DNA of 64,000 nucleotides. Origin: Eledone cirrhosa. Its lineage: Eukaryota. Position 1 is the stretch's first letter; each line of letters starts with the position of its first letter. Made by a program: the position numbers and the translations under genes. Below are positions 57,747 to 64,000 of the stretch, piece by piece. The stretch covers positions 412,920,001-412,984,000 of the forward strand of contig OZ024740.1 of assembly GCA_964016885.1 (NCBI GenBank), written 5' to 3'. Below the pieces are notes generated by a model. It was not told where the DNA came from. It ran no database searches and was given only the letters and a program-made list of their open reading frames with translations.

Positions 57747-57908
57747 GATATGTTTCATATGAAATAATACAGCCAATTTTCCACGCTATACTTTTAGTTA
57801 GCACCCCGAACGCATAATTGGAAATATAATCACTTATTTCCTAATGTTTGTTGAGTGAGTTGGAATTTGGCCGGAGTATCGCTAAAAAGCTTTCTCCGAT
57901 ATTGTATT

Positions 57909-57955
<47 letters not shown>

Positions 57956-57991
57956 TATATAAGATCAAAAGATGGTTAAAAGAGTTCCATG

Positions 57992-58062
57992 TATTTTATT
58001 ATGCGCAGTTCAAAATCCAATATCATCATGCAATAACATTTGCGTTTTCGTCAGATAAAATA
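57992..58062 (-). ncRNA. Hammerhead ribozyme (GAAC variant; family of 49961)
   Basis: Reverse complement: tattttat-CTGACGA-aaacgcaaatgttatt...tttt-GAAC-TGCGCA-TA^ataaaata. Confidence 0.75.
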
Positions 58063-58261
58063 GGGAGACATGATACGAAGGTTAAAACACACTTGTGAAT
58101 AGTGCAGTTTTAAATCAACATATATAAATCAACATATATAAATCAAGATATATAACAGAGTGTTCAGGTTTGCGTGAAGCATTGCAGGATAAGAAAAATA
58201 GACAATTTGGACACCTCTACAATGTAGACGAAGAAGAAACGATAGAGGGAAGGAAAATAGG

Positions 58262-58301
<40 letters not shown>

Positions 58302-58525
58302 GGTGGTGTTCTTGAATGAAATTATAACAGGTGACTTCAAAAAATCGAATACAGCATTATTGTATCTGTGTGTGTAGCGAATATTTCCTGCTAAATAGGA
58401 AGGGTTTCTAAGTATGTATATGTGTTTATAAGTTGGGTCGTCAAGTATGTAATTTGTAGAAATTCATATTTCTCCTACAAAATTCTACAAATTTCATACT
58501 TGACGACCGAATATATATATGTGTG

Positions 58526-58569
<44 letters not shown>

Positions 58570-58571
<2 letters not shown>

Positions 58572-59210
58572 AGACGTAAAATAAGAAAATTATAAAATTA
58601 ACTTACTTACTAAAATATCACTTCCAACTAATTAGTTTCTGGAATGGAGTAAATATATTTTCCGAAGAATAATATGGAGAAGCATTCCGTCGTCAGGAAA
58701 GTCTATTCTCATGTAAGTTTCCAGGCAAAGCGAGGACACTGGAAACTTATTAAAAAATAATTCAGTGGATAGGAAATAGCGAAGCGTGGACTGAAATCCA
58801 AGCCATTGAGAAAATCACTGCCTCTACGTCTGTGGCAAATTCAAAAAGAATCGAATAAGTGACATCGAGGTCAATCAGTGGAAAGTGGTTTGCTAATAAG
58901 ACAGCGGCCTGCCTACAACCGTAGCAGCAGTCATGGCCAATATTGCTCGACAAATAATTTGGAGATAATAATAAAGAATTCATATCTAGTAACATATATA
59001 TACATACAGATGCATATCAATGTTAGCAAATATATAGGTTTTGTCTTAATAACAGTGTGGTTCAATGCATGGGGTTGCAGAACAATAATATAAGAGACGT
59101 AAAATAAGAAAATTATAAAATTAACTTACTTACTAAAATATCATTTCCAACTAATTAGTTTCTGGAATGGAGTAAATATATTTTCCGAAGAATAATATAG
59201 AGAAGCATTC
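58570..59210 (-). mobile_element. 523-bp unit bounded by direct repeats, each with an HHR (58620-58702 complete; 59143-59210 lacks the core)
   Basis: GAGACGTAAAATAAG at 58571 and 59094. Reverse complement: actttc-CTGACGA-cggaatg...cattcca-GAAA-CTAATTAG-TT^ggaagt. Confidence 0.85.
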
Positions 59211-61694
59211 GGAGCGCGTCCCTTCCACAAAAAGCGAAAGAGCAAACGCTCCAGTGCAATCAGGCGGGGCTTAGGACAAGGTACGACGGTCAGGCGGTAG
59301 CAGATGACAGACGCGATGTACGTGTTAGCCACCTCCGCTCGACCTGTCAGGGATAGCTTCCTCTCCGCCCATTTCTGGGTGAGAGAAGCCACCCTGCTCG
59401 TCGCCTGGTCCCAGTTTTTGTCCGTCTGGATGTCCGGACCGAAACAGACCCCTAGCAATTTAACCGGTCCGTCTGTCCAGCGTCCGCGACGCTGTTGGAC
59501 GGCATGGACCTGCCTCTCCAGGTGCCGAATTGCAGACCCACTGTTTTCTTGGTTGATCATTGCTCCTGTCACCGCTTCGTATTCTCTTAGTGTAGTGCAG
59601 ATCGCCTCGATGTGTTTGGCGTTCGACACCACTACGGTGACATCGTCCGCATATGCTGACACGGATCTTTCCGCATCCAAGTTTGCGCGGTACGCCCCTC
59701 AACGTCTCCAGTTTGTGCAGTAATGGCTCGAGAGTCAATGCGTACAAGAGGAACTAGAGGGGACATCCTTGGCGGACCGAGCGCATGATGTTAAACGGTT
59801 CCGAAAGGTGACCGATCCGTCTCACCACAGAACAGATATCGCTGTGCATGGCAGCGATCCAGACTCTGAAGACGGGCCCAAAGCCAGCCGCCCTCGGGAC
59901 TGCCGCTAGGTAACGATGGTCGACCCTATCGAAAGCTTTCGACTGATCTAAATTGATCAAGGACCCACTCGTGCCAGGTTCCCTAGCTACCGTCTCTACG
60001 AAGTATCGCATGAGGTGGAGGTTGTCGTGGATGGATCTGTCGGGAATGGCGTATGTCTGAGCCTCTCCCACCAGACCACCAACGACAAGCGCCAACCTCT
60101 TTGCTAGCACCTTGGCCAAAATCTTGAACTCTGTGTTTAGCAGGGTTATGGGCCTGAAATTATCTATGTTATCCCTCTTGTTCGGATCCTTTCTCAGCAG
60201 CGCCACAGCTCCTCGGCGCACAGAGCTGGGAATTCTCCCGTTCTGTTGCCAATTGCAGTAGACGTCCGCCAAGAGGCCTGCGAACAAGGCTGGCATCTGT
60301 ATGAACAGTTCATAGGATAGACCATCCAAACCAGGCGATTTACCCCTTGTGCAGCCAGTCATTGCCTCCCGTACTTCAGCGGCTGTTATCGGCTTATCGC
60401 CTCAGTGGCCGAGAGCCGCGGCAGTCCGTCGAGGTAGACACTAAAGTCCATCCCTCGACCCGACCTATCGCTGCCCCTGAACAGCTGAGCGAAGTGTAGC
60501 AGAAAACCTTCACACATTTGCCCGAGATCGAGTAGCATGCTCTCGTCGTGGTCCACCAAAGACCGGTCGTGGCTTTGTTGCCACGACGCGCCTCCGCCAA
60601 TCGGGCCCATTGAACGGCTTTCGTCCCCTCGTGTCTGAGAGCACGCACCCTAGCACTGAAAAACGCAGCCTTCGTGCTTTGCATTGAAAAATTGGTCAAG
60701 GGCCAATTTCGCCGCAAGTACGTCGTTCGCGATGCCTTTGCTAAGCGCCTCGTCTAATTTTCTAACTAGTTCTCCCTCTGCTCTATTTTTCTCTATTGCT
60801 AAAGCCTTACTAAACCTAATGGATTCTATTCTAATCGCTCATTTCAGAGCAAACCGCTACTTGTTGTTGCCGATGGCCCCCGTCAATGCCCTCTTAACTA
60901 GTTCGCTAATCCGGTCTCTGTAGGCCTTGCGCGTTGGTAAGGACGCGTTTAGCTTATAGTAGCCGGGTCCTCGTCTATGAAGCCTATCTAAGTCAAGCAC
61001 ACAGATCACGAATTTGAGGTCTGTGTAGCTGACTATCTTGAATTGTGGACAGCCTATATTAGACCTATCTATTTCCCTACAAAATACTCTATCTAGATAT
61101 GATCTGGATGACCTTATGCGATTTGTCCAAGTCCACATTGGCACATTCGGGAAATCGAATCGGTACCTGTCAGACAGTTCAAAACGCCTGAGCAGGTTAG
61201 TGAGGCTCTTGCCGCCTCCACCCCTATCCGCTAATCCCACACAGTCCCAGCGTGCATCTAAGATCCCATTCCAGTCGCCCACTAACACTAAAGAGCGGGA
61301 CGTTCCAAGAAGGGTATCCAGACGCCGGAAGAAATCAGGCCGCCCTGCTCCTGTCGGGGCATAGACGGCCACTAGCCTGAAAGCTTGCCCGTCTCCGCTG
61401 GTCACGTCCAGCACCACCAACTTTCCCTCTGGGTCCAGGAAGAAGGCCCGTATGGCGAGATCCAAACCTCTCCCAAAAATCACAGCAGCTCCTCCCCTCG
61501 ATCCAGGACGGCTAGGAGATGCTACACATCGTAGCCGCCGAGGATCAGTGCGAAGCCCGTGCTTCGGAGATTCTGGTCTCGCTGATGGCTACTACATCTA
61601 TGTTTAGTGACCTGAGGTCGTTGAGCAGGTGACCCTGCTTCCATGACGACCCCAAGCCACGCGCATTTTTGCTGCCTATTCTGAGTGAGGTCAT
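59211..61694 (-). pseudogene. Tx1/L1-clade LINE ORF2 (AP endonuclease + RT), frameshifted, 3' part lost
   Basis: MTSLRIGSKNARGL, ISET, VGDWN, SYLDRVF, KSPGLDG, RPITLLNTEFKILAK, DQSKAFDRVDH, VRQGCPL, YADD, FLWKG. Confidence 0.93.
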
Positions 61695-61695
61695 G

Positions 61696-63874
61696 TTAAA
61701 AATGGAGTGGAAAAGATGGGAAAGACCACTTACCGTACTTTTCGTAGAGGAAGGATGGTTACTCCATCCCTTTTCACTTGATCGTCTGGTGAAGGGCCCG
61801 TTGAATCGTCCCTTCGGCTGGTCGTCGGCTCTTCTATGAGTATGTCCGAATATACCTTCCGGTTGAGAGTCCCTCCTAGGTCTCTGAAATCACCAACTGC
61901 GTTGGGGAATTTTGTTTTAATGTTTGTGTATTGTTTCTGTGGTATTTTCAGCAGTCTTGTTCGTTGGCGTTTTGATTGGTGCTGGTATTATGTAGTCGTG
62001 CTGTGAAATGTCTGTGTGTTCAATTATGTAAGTCATTAGTTTCTGTTGTGTGTATTTATTGCCGTGCATTTGTTTTTCTGGGGGTGGGGTGTGGTTCTGC
62101 TATTTTCTTGTCGTTGTTGCTGGGTGTGTGTGTTTTGTTGTTGTGTTTGCGATGTTGGTGCTTGTGGTGGTGGTGTTGAAGGTGTTATTGTTGGCGGTGG
62201 GGTTGTCGCCGGTGGTGATGGTGGTGCTAGTGAGGGTGGTGATGGTGTTGGTGGTGTTGCTGCTGTGAGTCTCTTTGCAGTAGCCTTTTTTCATTTCTTT
62301 CCTCCTTTTTCGAAGACGACGATGCGCTGCTTCTGCGTTTGTGCCTTCTTACGACATTTTGCCATCCCTCTCCCACCTCCAACTCCATATCTGATTTTGT
62401 GAGGTCGGGGAGGGGTACCAACTACACTCTTTCACTTGTTGTTGTTGGTGATGTTTGCAGTGGAGTCTCTGTTGCAGCTGCAGATGTTATTACTGTTGTT
62501 GTTGTTAATACTTCCACTGCTGCTGCTGTTCTTGATTTCCCTGGCGTTGGTATGGGTGCTACGAACCTATCGTTCCTTGTTGCCGCTTGTCCTGTTGCTG
62601 GTAGCCGTGAAGCCGGTTTCGGAATGAGGGGGTTTTCTCCTTTCTCAGGGTCTTCTCGTTGTAGAAGGACCTGAGGTGAGTCTTCGATCCACAGCGAAAG
62701 CATTTCGGGCGTTTGCCCTCAACACTTATGGGCAGTTGAATGCCGTTATCGAAGTCTATCACATCCGGGATAGCTTCGATGCACTCCTGGTTGGTTTGGA
62801 TTAACATCTCAATGGAGGTGCCGACCCAATCTTCTCTTACTCTTTTCTGTACTTGCAGTACAGTTGTTTTGTCCTCGATTCCGACGAGGACAGATGCGGC
62901 CATCCCGGGGGAGGGGGGGACGTGGGTCAGTTTGACCCTCACAATTTTTGCTCGCAGTAGGAGGGCACCAACACCATTTCCTCGCTCCTTAGGGTCACCA
63001 AGGATTGAGTTTTTGCCTCCTGGGGTGTGGCAAAAAGCACGTATACGGTGGCATATTTCTTGCCTCAGGTCATGTGCGTTTTCCGCTGCCACACAGACCC
63101 TAAGGCTTTTTGTATTTGAGCCTCTATGGCTCTTTCAAACCTACGGGATTTTGTACTCACTGTACGGTACGTGACCGTACAGTGCTGTTGGGTTTTGAAA
63201 AAGTTTTCGGCTGCCTTGCAGATTGCTCGGTGTCAGGTTTTCGTCGCCATCTTCTTCGCTTCATCTAATTCCTCATTTGTTATGAGGATGGTTTCCAGGT
63301 TATTTGCGATACCTGCAAACGAGATTGGTTTTTCTTTGCTTCTGTTCTTGTTGTTGTTGTCTTCAGAGCTGCTGTTACTTTTGTTGTTGCTGCAAGTACT
63401 ACGACTACTGCCGCCGCCGCTGTTGCTGTGATTGTTGTTGTTGTTGCTGCTGCTGCTCTTGTTGTTGCTGTTGCTGCTAATGCTGTTGTTGTTTATGCTG
63501 CTGCTGATGCTGTTGCGGCTGCTACTGTTGTTGTCCTTGTCACTGTTGCTGCTGTTGCTGTTATTACGGCTGCTACTGCTATTATTCCTGACGTCAGACG
63601 AATGAAATGGGTTTTTGTATTGCCCGCATACCTTTTTCGTCGTTGTCGTCGTCGTCGTGGAGAAATCTTGCACGCTTTGCACGTGATTTTTCTTTTCTGG
63701 CGTCGCTTGCGAAAGGGAAGGGAGGGAGAGAGACACATTTAGAGAAGGGAGGGAGAGAGACACATTTAGAGAAGGGAGGGAGAGAGACAATTTTTTCTCT
63801 GCTGTAGTGACGATTGAGGAAGAAGAAGACTGAATGAGTGGGAGTGACTTGTGAAAATTCTTTTTCGTAGCCAT
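61696..63874 (-). pseudogene. LINE ORF1 (low-complexity N-terminus, degenerate zinc knuckle), frameshifted
   Basis: ATG at 63874 (MATKKNF); 27-bp triplication; Ser/Asn run; ISVEGKRPKCFRCGSKTH. A TAA lies 1 nt before the ORF2 ATG. Confidence 0.75.
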
Positions 63875-64000
63875 GTTTTTTTTTTGGTTTAAAATAAATA
63901 TTGGGCACAAAACCCCAATAAGCGGTTATTTAACCCCGAAGGGCCAAATAACGGGCAGAAAGACCCCTCTCACGAGGAGGAGGTTGCTTTTGTCAACAAT

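Overview
AT-rich, microsatellite-saturated animal genomic DNA. The SINE family and the (TA)n density suggest a cephalopod, probably an octopod; this is an inference. I found no intact host gene. The window is mostly retroelement remains: Penelope-like elements (PLEs; a Neptune-type RT+GIY-YIG at 1-3111 and Naiad-type copies at 4.2-6.3 kb and 12.3-16.5 kb), R4/Dong-, RTE-, CRE- and Tx1/L1-type LINE remnants, about 9 copies of a tRNA-derived SINE, a Tigger remnant, a TTAA MITE, two minisatellites and decayed GPCR-like sequence. The main signal is not in the ORF track. By eye I count about 27 full or near-full minimal type I hammerhead ribozyme (HHR) motifs, plus about a dozen half-motifs, from roughly 12 unrelated repeat families on both strands. 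Nearly all have a palindromic stem III. Most lie in short non-coding units inserted in (TA)n tracts as fold-back palindromes or partial tandems (about 420, 520 and 560 nt monomers, retrozyme-like). Several fold-backs turn inside HHR stem II, and one turns exactly at the predicted cleavage site. All structures and alignments were read manually and need computational confirmation.
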